DNA of 64,000 bases from Candidatus Beckwithbacteria bacterium GW2011_GWC1_49_16. GTDB taxonomy: Bacteria > Patescibacteriota > Microgenomatia > UBA1400 > CG1-02-47-37. The stretch is taken from positions 453,663 through 517,662 of the forward strand of contig CP011210.1 in assembly GCA_001029675.1 (NCBI GenBank), written 5' to 3'. Numbering within the stretch: position 1 is the first letter of the stretch; each line of letters starts with the position of its first letter. Shown one piece after another: positions 34,944 to 44,722 of this stretch. Position numbers and translations under genes: made by a program. The notes under the pieces are model-generated. The model had not been told where the DNA came from. It searched no databases and worked only from the letters and a program-made list of their open reading frames with translations.

Positions 34944-35846
34944 TTAGGCCATCTGGCGCAAGGCGCGGATGCGTTCGGATACGGGCGGGTGGGTGTTGAA
35001 AAGGCCGGCAAACCAGCCGATTGAGTCATGGCGGTTTTTTAAGGGGTTGGCGATATACAAATGAGCGGTGGCTTTGTTGGCCGCTTCTAAAGGTTCGCGG
35101 TCATGGGAGATTTTTTCCAAAGCCCGGGCCAGGCCTTGGGGAAAGCGGGTGATCTTGACTGCCGAGGCGTCGGCCAATAACTCGCGCCGGCGGGAGACGG
35201 CCAGTTTGATCAGGTTGGCAATCAAAGGCGAAAGCAGGGCTAAAACGACACCGACGACAAAAATGACCACCTTGACTTGATTTCTGTCGTTGTCCCGACC
35301 CCGGCCCCAGTAGGTAGCCCGCAAAAACCAGTCGGCGAGCAAAGTGACCAAGCCGACCAGAACGGTGACTAAAGACATCACCCTGATGTCGTAGTTTTTT
35401 ATATGGGAGAGTTCGTGGGCGATCACCCCCTCAAGCTCGGTGCGATCAAGTTTGTCGATTAGCCCGGTAGTGGCGCAAACGACGGCATGGCCTGGGTCGC
35501 GGCCGGTGGCAAAGGCGTTGGGAGCAGAGTCGTCGATAACATAGAGTTTGGGCAGGGGCAGTCGGGTGGCCAGACACAAGTTTTCGGTGACGGTGTAAAA
35601 CTTAAAGTCTTTTTTTCTTGAAGCGGGCCTGGCTTTGGAAATGGCCAGGATGATTTTGTCCGAGTTGTAGTAGGAAAAAAAGCTCACCAGGCCGGAAAAG
35701 ATTAAAGCCAGGCCGACCCAGGACAGGCCGTAACCGGAAGCCTCACCCAAAACCCAGGCAACTAGGGCGATAAAGGCGACAAAGAAAGCGATGATCAGGG
35801 CGCTTTTTCTTTTGTTTCGATCTACCTGTTCGTAGACGTTGAGCAT
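34944..35846 (-). CDS. htpX: M48 zinc metalloprotease HtpX
   Basis: 300 aa with TM helices and an HELSHI (HExxH) motif. Confidence 0.85.
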   Translation of the reverse strand: MLNVYEQVDRNKRKSALIIAFFVAFIALVAWVLGEASGYGLSWVGLALIFSGLVSFFSYYNSDKIILAISKARPASRKKDFKFYTVTENLCLATRLPLPKLYVIDDSAPNAFATGRDPGHAVVCATTGLIDKLDRTELEGVIAHELSHIKNYDIRVMSLVTVLVGLVTLLADWFLRATYWGRGRDNDRNQVKVVIFVVGVVLALLSPLIANLIKLAVSRRRELLADASAVKITRFPQGLARALEKISHDREPLEAANKATAHLYIANPLKNRHDSIGWFAGLFNTHPPVSERIRALRQMA

Positions 35847-36433
35847 TAAAGATCGACTTTGGGAGTTTTGGTGTCTGCGGCTTTAACTTCCAGGTGTTCA
35901 CCGGTTTCTGGGGTTTTGAGGCCCTCTTTTGGCTTAAAACCAAAAAGGCCGGCCAACAGGCTTGAGGGTAGGGTGACCACCATCACATTGTAGTCGGCGG
36001 TTAAATCAATCAGGGTGCGGCGCGAGTACATCACTTTGTCGGCGGTGTCGCGCAATTCGTCCATGAGGCTTTGAGTCGGCCCGGCGGCCTTGAGTTCGGG
36101 GGTGTCTTCAAAGACGGCCCTGATGCCGGGAAGGGCCCCTTGGAGTTGTGAGGCGGCGGCGACCAGGTTTTGGACTTGGCCTGATTTGACGGCCGTCAGG
36201 ATTGATTTTCTGGCGTCAGTCAAGGCTTTGATCGCTGCCGACTCGTGCTTCATATAGCCCTTGACCGAACTGACCAGGTTGGGGATCAAATCCGCTTGGC
36301 GTTTCAGCTGGTTGCCGATTTCCTGGATCGAAGCTTTGAGCCTGGTTTCGATGGTCTTAAATTTGTTGTAAACGGAGAAGATATAGAAGGCGATGAGAAG
36401 CGCCAAGATGATGAGGATAGTGCTCAAGCTCAT
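35846..36433 (-). CDS. lemA: LemA family protein
   Basis: 195 aa with an N-terminal TM helix and the LemA-like sequence YNKFKTIETRLKASIQEIGNQLKRQADLIPNLV. Confidence 0.8.
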   Translation of the reverse strand: MSLSTILIILALLIAFYIFSVYNKFKTIETRLKASIQEIGNQLKRQADLIPNLVSSVKGYMKHESAAIKALTDARKSILTAVKSGQVQNLVAAASQLQGALPGIRAVFEDTPELKAAGPTQSLMDELRDTADKVMYSRRTLIDLTADYNVMVVTLPSSLLAGLFGFKPKEGLKTPETGEHLEVKAADTKTPKVDL

Positions 36434-38190
36434 AAGTTAAGTATAGCGGCAAGTTTGGCGTATGGCAAGGTGTTAATCACGTCGCGGGCTTCGGCCCAGC
36501 CGCGGCGGGCGACAGCAACGCCGGAGGCGATACCGCCTAACTGGTCTGCTGCGTGGGCATCGGTGTTGACAGCCAGCTTGACACCCAGGTCAACGGCTCG
36601 TTTGACCAGGCTGTCGGGCAGGTCGAGCCTTTCGGGCGAGCTGTTTATTTCCAAAACTTTGTGGTTTTTGAGGCAAAAAGCAAAAATTTTGTCCCAGTCG
36701 AGGTTGACCGGTGGGCGGCGGTTGAGCATCCGGGCCGTGGGGTGGGCCAGTATTTTGGCCTTGGGGTGGCTCAAACCAGTGAGTAAGCGCTGGGTAGCCG
36801 TCTTTAAGGGCTGGCGGAAGCTTGAGTGAATCGAGACCAGGGCAAAATCGAGCAGGTCAAGACCCTGTTCAGGTACTGCCAGGCTGCCGTCAGGCTTGAT
36901 GTCAACTTCGAGTAAATTTAGTACCTTTATTTTCATTTTATTTTCATGCGAGGTGTTAAACTTATCTATCTTATCCTTTCGGGCTTTTATAATAGCTATT
37001 ATTTGTTTAGAGGTGTGGTTGGTGGTGGCCGGGTTATGGTCGGCAACACCTAAGTATTGGTAGCCCAGCGACCTGGCTTTGAGTACCAAATTCTTGAGGG
37101 AATCGGCACCTAAGTCGTGGCTGGTTTGAATGTCTATATCAGAGTGGACGTGGAGGTCGCCTTTAATGTCGTCTAGTTCCACCAGCTTAGGCAACACTTT
37201 CGTAGTAATCTCTCCCCTGTCCTCGCGCAGTTCGGGGGGAATGTATTTTAAACCCAGGGCGGCGTAAAATTTCTCTTCAGAAGCGAATTTTTTCAAGGAT
37301 TTCCCCTTTTTGATGCCATATTCTGACAGGCTAAGGCCTTTTTTAAGAGCCAGCTCGCGCAATTTGACGTTATGGCTTTTAGAGCCGGTAAAGTGCTGCA
37401 CGAGCGAGCCGTACTCGTCAGGCGGGTGAAAGCGTACGTCCACCTGGCGGCCGTTCTTGAGTAACACCGAGACCTTTTTTTCGCCTTGGTCGGTGATTTT
37501 TTTGATCTCGGGGAATTTCAAGAAGTAGGCGGCGGCCCCTTGAGGGTTTTTGGTGGCCACGGCGATGTCGATGTCGCCGACGGTGTCTTTTTGGCGCCTT
37601 AAACTACCCAAATGCTCGGCCTTGATTACCAGGGGCGACTTCTGGAGGTGGTCAAGGATTTTTCGGGCCAGATGCGAGGCCGCGCTCAAAAGCATTCGAT
37701 CTTCTTTCTGGTGAAACTCGCTAATACCCTGAATAATATCTTTTTCAGATTGCTCGCCAAAACCTTCAACGCGCCGCAGCTTGCCCTCCTGGGCCAGCCT
37801 TTTTAACCTGGGAACGGCGGTTGAGGCTTGGTTTAACTTCAGTTTAGTCGCCAACTTGTAGGCAGTCTTGGGGCCGATTCCGGGCACTTCCATCAGTTTA
37901 AACATGGCTTCAGGTAAGCCTCTAAAGATTTGGTCAAAATGTTTCACCCTGCCGGTTTGGAAAAGCTCGTCCAAGTGGGCGGCGATGTTTTTGCCGATGC
38001 CGGGTACTTGGTCGAGTTTTCCCTCACGCCATAAATCTTTTAACTCCTGCGGAGACTTTTCGATCGAGGCGGCGACGTTTTGGTAGGCGATAATCCGGAA
38101 ACGGTTCTTTTTCTTGATTTCAAGGGCCGAGGCCAAGGCCCGAAACAGACCGGCCAGTTCCCGGTTGTCCATGTGGCGGTGGGTTTTCAT
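36430..38190 (-). CDS. polX: DNA polymerase X family protein with a C-terminal PHP domain
   Basis: 586 aa. It has helix-hairpin-helix motifs (GIGKNIAAHLDEL; VPGIGPKTAYKL), a Pol-beta-like palm, and a PHP domain (LHVHSDIDIQTSHD). Confidence 0.8.
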   Translation of the reverse strand: MKTHRHMDNRELAGLFRALASALEIKKKNRFRIIAYQNVAASIEKSPQELKDLWREGKLDQVPGIGKNIAAHLDELFQTGRVKHFDQIFRGLPEAMFKLMEVPGIGPKTAYKLATKLKLNQASTAVPRLKRLAQEGKLRRVEGFGEQSEKDIIQGISEFHQKEDRMLLSAASHLARKILDHLQKSPLVIKAEHLGSLRRQKDTVGDIDIAVATKNPQGAAAYFLKFPEIKKITDQGEKKVSVLLKNGRQVDVRFHPPDEYGSLVQHFTGSKSHNVKLRELALKKGLSLSEYGIKKGKSLKKFASEEKFYAALGLKYIPPELREDRGEITTKVLPKLVELDDIKGDLHVHSDIDIQTSHDLGADSLKNLVLKARSLGYQYLGVADHNPATTNHTSKQIIAIIKARKDKIDKFNTSHENKMKIKVLNLLEVDIKPDGSLAVPEQGLDLLDFALVSIHSSFRQPLKTATQRLLTGLSHPKAKILAHPTARMLNRRPPVNLDWDKIFAFCLKNHKVLEINSSPERLDLPDSLVKRAVDLGVKLAVNTDAHAADQLGGIASGVAVARRGWAEARDVINTLPYAKLAAILNL

Positions 38191-38260
38191 CGCTTAATCA
38201 TATCATGATTTTAAGATTGACTCGGGTAAATCTTATCTGATAATATAGGCTTGTTAGTTA

Positions 38261-38335
38261 GGACCCGTAGTGTAGTCGGTTTAACACGCATCCCTGTCAA
38301 GGATGAGATCGCCGGTTCGAATCCGGTCGGGTCCG
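38261..38335 (+). tRNA. tRNA-Asp (GUC)
   Basis: GGACCCG/CGGGTCC acceptor, anticodon arm CATCC-CTGTCAA-GGATG, T-loop TTCGAAT. A CCA is encoded after the discriminator G (to 38338). Confidence 0.85.
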
Positions 38336-38372
38336 CCACTGCCCATAATTTCTGTCCAGAAAGGAGGAGACT

Positions 38373-38957
38373 ATGGAAACATACGAACAAGATTCAAGGC
38401 TTAAAACTTTTCTTAAAACTTTACGCTTGAAAGAATCGACCATCAGCATGGTATTGGGTGCCTTGGTAGTGGTAGTGGTTGGAGTTTTAATTTACAACTA
38501 TTTTGCCAACATCAACCGCCCCGAACAACCGATAGTCGAAGAAGGGGTGAAGCTGGTTGAGGAAGAGGGTGAACTTGTGCCAGAAGCCTTACCTACCAGT
38601 CACACGGTTGCTGCCGGTGAGGATTTGTGGAAAATTGCCCAAACCTACTACGAATCCGGCTATAACTGGGTGGATATTGCCAAGGAAAACAAGCTAGTAA
38701 ACGCCAACCTGATCGAGGTGGGCCAAGAACTGACTATTCCCAGAACTCCGGTAATCAAGGTGGAGGTCGCCTCTGAGCCCGAGCTCTCTATTTTGGAAAC
38801 AGAGTACGTTGTGGTTAAAGGCGATTTTCTCTGGGAGATTGCGGTCCGCGCCTACGGCGACGGTTACCGCTGGCCGGAGATTTACGAAGCCAACGCTGAT
38901 CAAATCGCCGATCCCAACGTTATCGAAGTCGGGCAGGTGCTCACCTTACCCAGATAA
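38373..38957 (+). CDS. LysM peptidoglycan-binding domain protein (two LysM repeats)
   Basis: 194 aa with an N-terminal TM helix and two LysM motifs (HTVAAGEDLWKIAQTYY...; YVVVKGDFLWEIAVRAYGDG...). Confidence 0.8.
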   Translation: METYEQDSRLKTFLKTLRLKESTISMVLGALVVVVVGVLIYNYFANINRPEQPIVEEGVKLVEEEGELVPEALPTSHTVAAGEDLWKIAQTYYESGYNWVDIAKENKLVNANLIEVGQELTIPRTPVIKVEVASEPELSILETEYVVVKGDFLWEIAVRAYGDGYRWPEIYEANADQIADPNVIEVGQVLTLPR

Positions 38958-39072
38958 CCCCCACTTCGTCAAGGCTACGTGGGCTCTCCGATTTACAATT
39001 CCCCTGCCGGGGGATAAAATTTGATGTGCTAAAAGCAAAAAGCGGGCTTGCCTCGCCGGAGCTTTAGCGTAG

Positions 39073-39145
39073 GCGGGAATAGCTCAGTTGGTAGAGCGTC
39101 TGCTTCCCAAGCAGAAGGTCGCGAGTTCGAGACTCGTTTCCCGCT
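39073..39145 (+). tRNA. tRNA-Gly (CCC)
   Basis: GCGGGAATAGCTCAGTTGGTAGAGCGTCTGCTTCCCAAGCAGAAGGTCGCGAGTTCGAGACTCGTTTCCCGCT folds with a GCGGGAA/TTCCCGC acceptor and anticodon loop TTCCCAA. Confidence 0.85.
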
Positions 39146-39264
39146 CAATTTAATTTGCCGCTTTTAACGTCTCATTGGTGGCGGATATTTTTGGCAGTCG
39201 GGGTGGGTTTGTCCAGGCCTTCATTCTTGTCTTCGGACATGGTTTAATTATAATATAATAAGAC

Positions 39265-39522
39265 ATGACTGAAAACTTAAACGAAGTTTACAACTCATGC
39301 CACGATCCCAACATAAAGAAAGTTGCCGGGGCTAAGACGCCAAAGGGGAAATTAAACAGAGTTCTTAGCGTCGGTGAGGGTCCTTACAATGCAGGAGATT
39401 ATGCCGAGAAGCTCGCAGCCGACTTGGTTGATCCAGTTAGAGCGAATCAAAGAAGACAAAGAAAGACTCGGTTGTCGGATAATCAAAAAAAGGCCATTCT
39501 CGAACGCAATGGCATAGTTTAA
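39265..39522 (+). CDS. hypothetical small basic protein
   Basis: 85-aa ORF downstream of tRNA-Gly. Assigned by coding potential only. Confidence 0.35.
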   Translation: MTENLNEVYNSCHDPNIKKVAGAKTPKGKLNRVLSVGEGPYNAGDYAEKLAADLVDPVRANQRRQRKTRLSDNQKKAILERNGIV

Positions 39523-39532
39523 AATTATCGTT

Positions 39533-39736
39533 ATGACTGAATCGCCTTCCACTTTACACTCGAGGCTAGGTCAGATAGATAAGATCGTGGCCGACAAGGA
39601 AGGGTTAGAATCGCCTGGCGACATTCGCCAGGCTTTAATTAGGCAGACTCAACTAACTGATAAGGAAGCCGCAGTCGAAGCAGAACAACCCACGGCAGCT
39701 AAGAAAAACTTGCCTCCAAAAGTTTTAAGTCGTTAA
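39533..39736 (+). CDS. hypothetical small protein
   Basis: 67-aa ORF 10 nt after the previous ORF. No motif. Confidence 0.3.
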   Translation: MTESPSTLHSRLGQIDKIVADKEGLESPGDIRQALIRQTQLTDKEAAVEAEQPTAAKKNLPPKVLSR

Positions 39737-39836
39737 TGAGCTTGCTGAAGCCAAGCAAATGCTAGAAGATTTGATTTTAGGAAAATAAGTCCCAGAACTG
39801 CTTTGACAAGAAGTTTGGCGGTGGGTAGAATGATTT

Positions 39837-41654
39837 ATGCTCGAGAAATTGGCAAAACTGGTAAGATACTGGGTGGTGCGGTCGACGACCAAGGCAGGTT
39901 CGGGCCACCCGACGACGGCGCTGTCGGCCACCGATTTGCTGGTGGCGCTTTTTTTTAACCATTTAAACTACGACCTTGACCGGCCCGGCCACCCCAACAA
40001 CGACCGGGTGATATTTTCCAAAGGCCACGGAGCGCCTTTGCTTTACGCTTTGTACGCGGCGGCGGGGGCGATTAAGCCGGAAGAATTGGATAATTTGCGC
40101 CAGTTTGACAGCGAGCTTGAGGGCCACCCGGTGCCAAGATTCAAGTACGCCGAGGTAGCCACCGGTTCTTTGGGCCAGGGCTTGTCGGTGGGCTTGGGGA
40201 TGGCTTTAAACGGAAAGTATTTGGATAAACTGCCGTACAAAACTTATGTGCTCTTGGGCGACTCGGAGATGGCCGAAGGCAGTGTTTGGGAAGCGGTGGA
40301 ACTAGCCGCCCATTATCAGACCGACAACCTGGTGGCGATTATCGACGTCAACCGCTGGGGCCAGGCAAACCAAACCATGTACGGCCACGATACCGCGGCT
40401 TACGCCAAACGTCTGGAGGCTTTTGGCTGGCAGGTGATGATAATCGACGGGCACAACCTGACGGAGATCGAGACTGCTTTTGCCTGGGCCAAAAAGGCCG
40501 AAGGCGCGCCCAAGGCGATCGTGGCCAAAACCATCAAAGGCCGCGGGGTCAAGTTCCTGGAAGATAAACCCGGCCACCACGGGGTGCCTTTGAGTGAGGC
40601 GGAGTTGGCGCGAGCAACTAAAGCCTGGGGTAAGATTGATTTTGAAGTTCGGGGTAAGATAGCCAAACCCGAAGATAAAAAGCCGGCCAAGGCAAGGGCC
40701 GGAGGCAAGATAGAGCTGGACTATCCGGACGACTGGCCGACGAGAAAAGCCTACGGGCTAGGACTGGCTTTAGCGGGCAGCAAAAATGCGGCAGTAGTGG
40801 CTTTGGACGCGGAGGTAAAAAACTCGACTTATGCCCAAACCTTTGGCGACAAGTTCCCGGAGAGGTTTTTTGAGATGTACATTGCCGAGCAAAACATGGT
40901 GGGCGTGGCCTTGGGGCTTAGTAAGTGCAGCAAGGTGCCGTTTGCCTCGACGTTTGCGGCTTTTTTGACCCGGGCCTTTGACCAGTTGAGGATGGCGGCT
41001 TACTCAAAACCCAACTTAAAGATCGTCGGCAGCCACGCCGGGGTGTCGATCGGCCAGGACGGGCCGAGTCAAATGGGGCTGGAAGATATGGCCATGATGC
41101 GGAGTTTGCCGGGGTCGGTGGTGTTTTACCCGGCAGACGCGGCGGCGACGGTGAAATTGGTAGCAGTGATGACGGAGACAGACGGGTTGATGTATTTAAG
41201 GACCACCAGGCCGGCGACTAATAAAATCTATGCTGAAAACGAGGCATTTAAGGTTGGAGGCAGTAAAACTTTGGTTTCAGGCAAAGACGACCAAGTGACT
41301 ATCGTGGCCGCGGGCATTACTGTCTACGAGGCGTTGACTGCCGCCCACGAGTTAAAAGGCGAAGGGATTAAGGTGAGGGTGATCGACGCTTACTCAATAA
41401 AACCGGTTGACAAACAGGGCTTGCTTGCGGCGGCCAAGGAGGCGGGCGGGAAAATAATCACCGTGGAAGACCACCGGCCCGAAGGGGGCTTAGGAGAAGC
41501 GGTGATGGAGGCGGTGGCGGCAGAGTCAGTCAAGGTTTACCAACTGGCGGTTGGCAAAATCCCCCGCTCGGGGACGAAGGACGAGCTTTTGGCTTTTGAA
41601 GAAATCGACGCCGCTGCCATTGTCAAAAAAGTCAAAGAAATTTTGGTAAAATAG
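39837..41654 (+). CDS. tkt: transketolase (single-chain, short form)
   Basis: 605 aa. It has an N-terminal TPP-binding domain (GSGHPTTALSATDLL...GHGAPLLYALY), a pyrimidine-binding domain and a C-terminal domain. Confidence 0.9.
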   Translation: MLEKLAKLVRYWVVRSTTKAGSGHPTTALSATDLLVALFFNHLNYDLDRPGHPNNDRVIFSKGHGAPLLYALYAAAGAIKPEELDNLRQFDSELEGHPVPRFKYAEVATGSLGQGLSVGLGMALNGKYLDKLPYKTYVLLGDSEMAEGSVWEAVELAAHYQTDNLVAIIDVNRWGQANQTMYGHDTAAYAKRLEAFGWQVMIIDGHNLTEIETAFAWAKKAEGAPKAIVAKTIKGRGVKFLEDKPGHHGVPLSEAELARATKAWGKIDFEVRGKIAKPEDKKPAKARAGGKIELDYPDDWPTRKAYGLGLALAGSKNAAVVALDAEVKNSTYAQTFGDKFPERFFEMYIAEQNMVGVALGLSKCSKVPFASTFAAFLTRAFDQLRMAAYSKPNLKIVGSHAGVSIGQDGPSQMGLEDMAMMRSLPGSVVFYPADAAATVKLVAVMTETDGLMYLRTTRPATNKIYAENEAFKVGGSKTLVSGKDDQVTIVAAGITVYEALTAAHELKGEGIKVRVIDAYSIKPVDKQGLLAAAKEAGGKIITVEDHRPEGGLGEAVMEAVAAESVKVYQLAVGKIPRSGTKDELLAFEEIDAAAIVKKVKEILVK

Positions 41655-41661
41655 GAGTCAA

Positions 41662-41734
41662 GCCTGCGTAGCTCAACCGGTAGAGCAACGGTATCGTAAA
41701 CCGTAGGTAGTCGGTTCGAGTCCGACCGCAGGCT
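41662..41734 (+). tRNA. tRNA-Thr (CGU)
   Basis: GCCTGCG/CGCAGGC acceptor, anticodon arm ACGGT-ATCGTAA-ACCGT, T-arm GTCGG-TTCGAGT-CCGAC. 73 nt. Confidence 0.85.
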
Positions 41735-41736
41735 CT

Positions 41737-41815
41737 GGGCGGTATCGCCCGCCTGCAACGCTTTGCGTAGCAATGCGGGCAGGGAAACTGCAAGTCGCGA
41801 GTTCGAATTTCACTC
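41737..41815 (+). other. degenerate tRNA-like or structured element immediately after tRNA-Thr
   Basis: It contains the hairpin GGGCG-GTAT-CGCCC and the pairing CCCGC...GCGGG. Its 3' part (GCAAGTCGCGAGTTCGAATTTCACTCCTGGCTCT) resembles the T-arm plus acceptor of tRNA-Thr (GGTAGTCGGTTCGAGTCCGACCGCAGGCTCT) and ends in the same GGCTCT. It cannot be folded into a complete cloverleaf. Confidence 0.25.
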
Positions 41816-41821
41816 CTGGCT

Positions 41822-43054
41822 CTAGTTAGGGATAAAATCAAAAACTTCTAATATCGAGGTTGGTTCTAAGCGGTAAGGAGTTTGTTTCCCCTCATAAAAT
41901 CCGTATCTTTGAATCATATCCGGAAGTAAACAGGAACATTTCAAGGAAACACCTGTGTCTAAATTAGTGATGGTCATGTCTGACGCTGTTCCGGTTTCGT
42001 CCTCAAAAGGAGAAAATTGCATTCCTCTGAAAGTGTCCATTTCAACTCTAAATTTCCTCCCGCCTAAACTAAACTGGGTGCCAAATCCTTTAAAATAGTG
42101 TTCTCTAGCGTAAAAAAGAGGAGCAGCCAAATCCTGGTGGGTTAATTTTTGCGATAATACAAAGTCGTTGTCCGACGCCATTATATACAACAGTGATTCA
42201 TTCTCCCCAAGGAAGCCAGCCATAGAATCTCGCATTGGGCGCATTCTAGATTCAAGCTTTTCAACTGGCTGCCCGTTAATTTCCGTAAGCTCCTTTATTA
42301 GTTCCGTCTCATTCCTTCCACCTATCTTGAACCCGCTCTGTTCAGCAACAATTTCTAATGGTCGTATGTCAAGCTCTTCGGGCTCAACGTTGCGCAAAAG
42401 TTTTTGACTGCCCTCGACCAAACTGCCACCATATATGAGATTAATTTTAAACTCCATGGTGCTGTTTCTGACGGTTAGAACTGTGCTTGCTCCACCCCAT
42501 TCGTAAGGTTCTTCTGTGCAATCAATTATTTGAGTTTTATCATCGAGCATTGCCTGTAGAGCGGGTCTTATCGGCTTGGTCATTCTTTCTACTTTCCCAC
42601 CTGATGTCCAGGCAATTACTTCTCCGCTTTCACCTTCATATTGAAGTTGGTATCTAAAAATATTGGGTTCAATGAGGTCAGATTCAAAACCTGTCTCTAA
42701 AAGTTGTTGTTCAATTGTCTTATCTTGAAACTTGGTAAAGTCAGGTTTTCTTTCTCCGCTGAAACCACCACCGCTGCCGTTAAGCGTTCTTTCCATTACA
42801 GTCAAGTCAGATGTAATTGTTATTAGGGAAAAACCTTCCTTAAAATATCCCTCGCCGACTTGTAACGCTAAAATTCTTTTCCAGTCTGTGTGAGAGTCAT
42901 AATCAACCATCAACGTCAATGTGCCATTGTCTTTAATGTCGACCACAGCTCCGCCATTTTCAAATATACTGGATTTCCCAAGGCGGTTAAAACCAACTTG
43001 ATTTAGTTCTTTCATCCTATCCGTTTGGGCCCGAGAAAGTTCTTGTTGATCCAT
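41822..43054 (-). CDS. hypothetical protein (AT-rich ORF next to the tRNA-like element)
   Basis: 410 aa with Gly-rich segments and no recognisable motif. It is visibly AT-richer than the flanking tkt and downstream genes. Confidence 0.5.
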   Translation of the reverse strand: MDQQELSRAQTDRMKELNQVGFNRLGKSSIFENGGAVVDIKDNGTLTLMVDYDSHTDWKRILALQVGEGYFKEGFSLITITSDLTVMERTLNGSGGGFSGERKPDFTKFQDKTIEQQLLETGFESDLIEPNIFRYQLQYEGESGEVIAWTSGGKVERMTKPIRPALQAMLDDKTQIIDCTEEPYEWGGASTVLTVRNSTMEFKINLIYGGSLVEGSQKLLRNVEPEELDIRPLEIVAEQSGFKIGGRNETELIKELTEINGQPVEKLESRMRPMRDSMAGFLGENESLLYIMASDNDFVLSQKLTHQDLAAPLFYAREHYFKGFGTQFSLGGRKFRVEMDTFRGMQFSPFEDETGTASDMTITNLDTGVSLKCSCLLPDMIQRYGFYEGKQTPYRLEPTSILEVFDFIPN

Positions 43055-43163
43055 AATCTGTATAGTGTACCTCTAATTTTTTAATTGTCAATAACTATAG
43101 GTTAATTAAATACTGGACTAGACTTGTTCTTAGGCTGTAGAATCTTCTTGTAAGAGATTAATT

Positions 43164-43880
43164 ATGGCAGTAAAAAAAACCAGATTAGAACGAAAAAAGG
43201 AAAAAGAGAGCTTGAAGCAGGCTTGGGGCTACCTGGTGCTCATCTTGGCGCTTTTGTGGTTGATCGTCAAACTGGGCTTGCCGGCTTTGGTGAAAATGTC
43301 CACCTTTATCGGTAATTTGCGCCAGCCCGAGCCGATCGAGCAAACCGCTGCCACTCCGGTCTTGCCGCCGAGGCTCGAGGCTTTGCCGGCAGACACAAAT
43401 AAAGCCCAACTTAACGTGGCCGGTTATTCTCAAGAGGGAACGACGGTTAAACTTTACCTGCGGGGCTTGAGCGTGACCGAGACAATCGCCGACAAGGAAG
43501 GCAGGTTTGTGTTCAGCGACGTCAATTTGCGCGTGGGGGAAAATGAAATTTACACCGTGGCCGGCGATGACAAAGGCAACACCAGCGACAGGTCAAACGT
43601 GTTTGTGGTTAGTTTTGACCAATCAGCGCCGCAGTTGACGGTGGAAACTCCCAGCGAGTCTGACAGATTTTTTGATAACGACAACCCGATCACCGTAGCC
43701 GGCCAGGCGGAAGCGGAAGTAACGGTTAAAATCAACGGCCGGATAGTGAAAGCTGGCGACGACGGCAGTTTTACCACCCAACTAACCCTTGAAGAGGGCG
43801 ACAATCAAATCGAGGTGTTGGCGGTAGACCGGGCGGAGAACGAGACTGTCAAGCTGGTCACGGTCAACTATACGCCTTAG
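43164..43880 (+). CDS. membrane-anchored surface protein with Ig-like/BIG-type beta repeats
   Basis: 238 aa. An N-terminal TM helix (LVLILALLWLIVKLGLPAL) is followed by a Pro-rich linker and repeated beta-rich segments (TVKLYLRGLSV...; EVTVKINGRIV...). Confidence 0.5.
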   Translation: MAVKKTRLERKKEKESLKQAWGYLVLILALLWLIVKLGLPALVKMSTFIGNLRQPEPIEQTAATPVLPPRLEALPADTNKAQLNVAGYSQEGTTVKLYLRGLSVTETIADKEGRFVFSDVNLRVGENEIYTVAGDDKGNTSDRSNVFVVSFDQSAPQLTVETPSESDRFFDNDNPITVAGQAEAEVTVKINGRIVKAGDDGSFTTQLTLEEGDNQIEVLAVDRAENETVKLVTVNYTP

Positions 43881-43891
43881 GCTTGAGGGTT

Positions 43892-44716
43892 TTAAGTTTC
43901 GGTTAAACCTCGATACATAATTCCAGAGTTTTTTCTTAGGGTTGCGATTCTTTGCAGGTATCGTTTCGGGTCTTCTTTAATGAAACCCTGATTGACCAAC
44001 CAATTTACTTTTTCAAGAGATGGTAACTCTTTTGGTTTAAACCACTCCTTTAGGTCTTCGATGACTGCAGTTTGTAGACTGGGGTTTTGGGTTAGAATTA
44101 AGTCTTTCCTAACCGATAACGGATCGAAATGTTTTTTCTTAAAGTCGTGCATTGTTGATTTCGTTTTACTAAAAGACTCTCGGAAATTGTCAGCTAATTG
44201 AAATAAAAAGGCGTTGGCGTTTTTCGGACTTTCAAATATACCTGGCGGAGTATTTTTAACGACGCTTTCTGAAGCCTCTGGGTCTATCGTTGTTTGGCCG
44301 TTTTCTAGGGCCTGAACCGTTAAGGATTTTAATCCGGACTCTGTCAATTGTTCTGTCTGACTAAGAATATTTAATACATAGGGAAAAACGTAGGGAACAA
44401 AAAGATGTGATGCAGAAATTAACTCCAGTTCAGGTCTTAAATAGGACAATTTTTGTGTTTCAGCTATTTGCCCAAAAACGCTGTTAATCAATATTGAAGG
44501 CGAGGTTGTTTTTGGGACCTGAATCGACTCGACCCTAAATGCTTGCCTAGTGTCGGGACTTGATATCCCCAAGGCTAAGGAGTACAAAATAAGTTTCCCC
44601 AAGACTTGGTCGCTGGCTTGTTTTTTCTTTTCCCAGTCACTCAAGTCGCCAAGGTCAAAGCGAAATTCTTCTAGATACTTTATGGCGTTGTCTATCTGGA
44701 GAAATTCTTTTGTCAT
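43892..44716 (-). CDS. hypothetical protein
   Basis: 274-aa ORF with no motif. It may head or join the downstream envelope cluster. Confidence 0.4.
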   Translation of the reverse strand: MTKEFLQIDNAIKYLEEFRFDLGDLSDWEKKKQASDQVLGKLILYSLALGISSPDTRQAFRVESIQVPKTTSPSILINSVFGQIAETQKLSYLRPELELISASHLFVPYVFPYVLNILSQTEQLTESGLKSLTVQALENGQTTIDPEASESVVKNTPPGIFESPKNANAFLFQLADNFRESFSKTKSTMHDFKKKHFDPLSVRKDLILTQNPSLQTAVIEDLKEWFKPKELPSLEKVNWLVNQGFIKEDPKRYLQRIATLRKNSGIMYRGLTET

Positions 44717-44722
44717 AAAGTA

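Noticed and set aside
24003-39062. 15-nt repeat ggcttgcctcgccgg in the pyrG 3' end and upstream of tRNA-Gly
   Set aside because: This length is within chance expectation for a GC-rich 64-kb sequence. One copy is coding and no flanking similarity exists.
41737-41830. Second complete tRNA (Ser/Leu/Sec-type with a long arm) after tRNA-Thr
   Set aside because: No 7-bp acceptor pairing together with D- and anticodon arms could be built on either strand. Only a T-arm/acceptor-like 3' half is recognisable.
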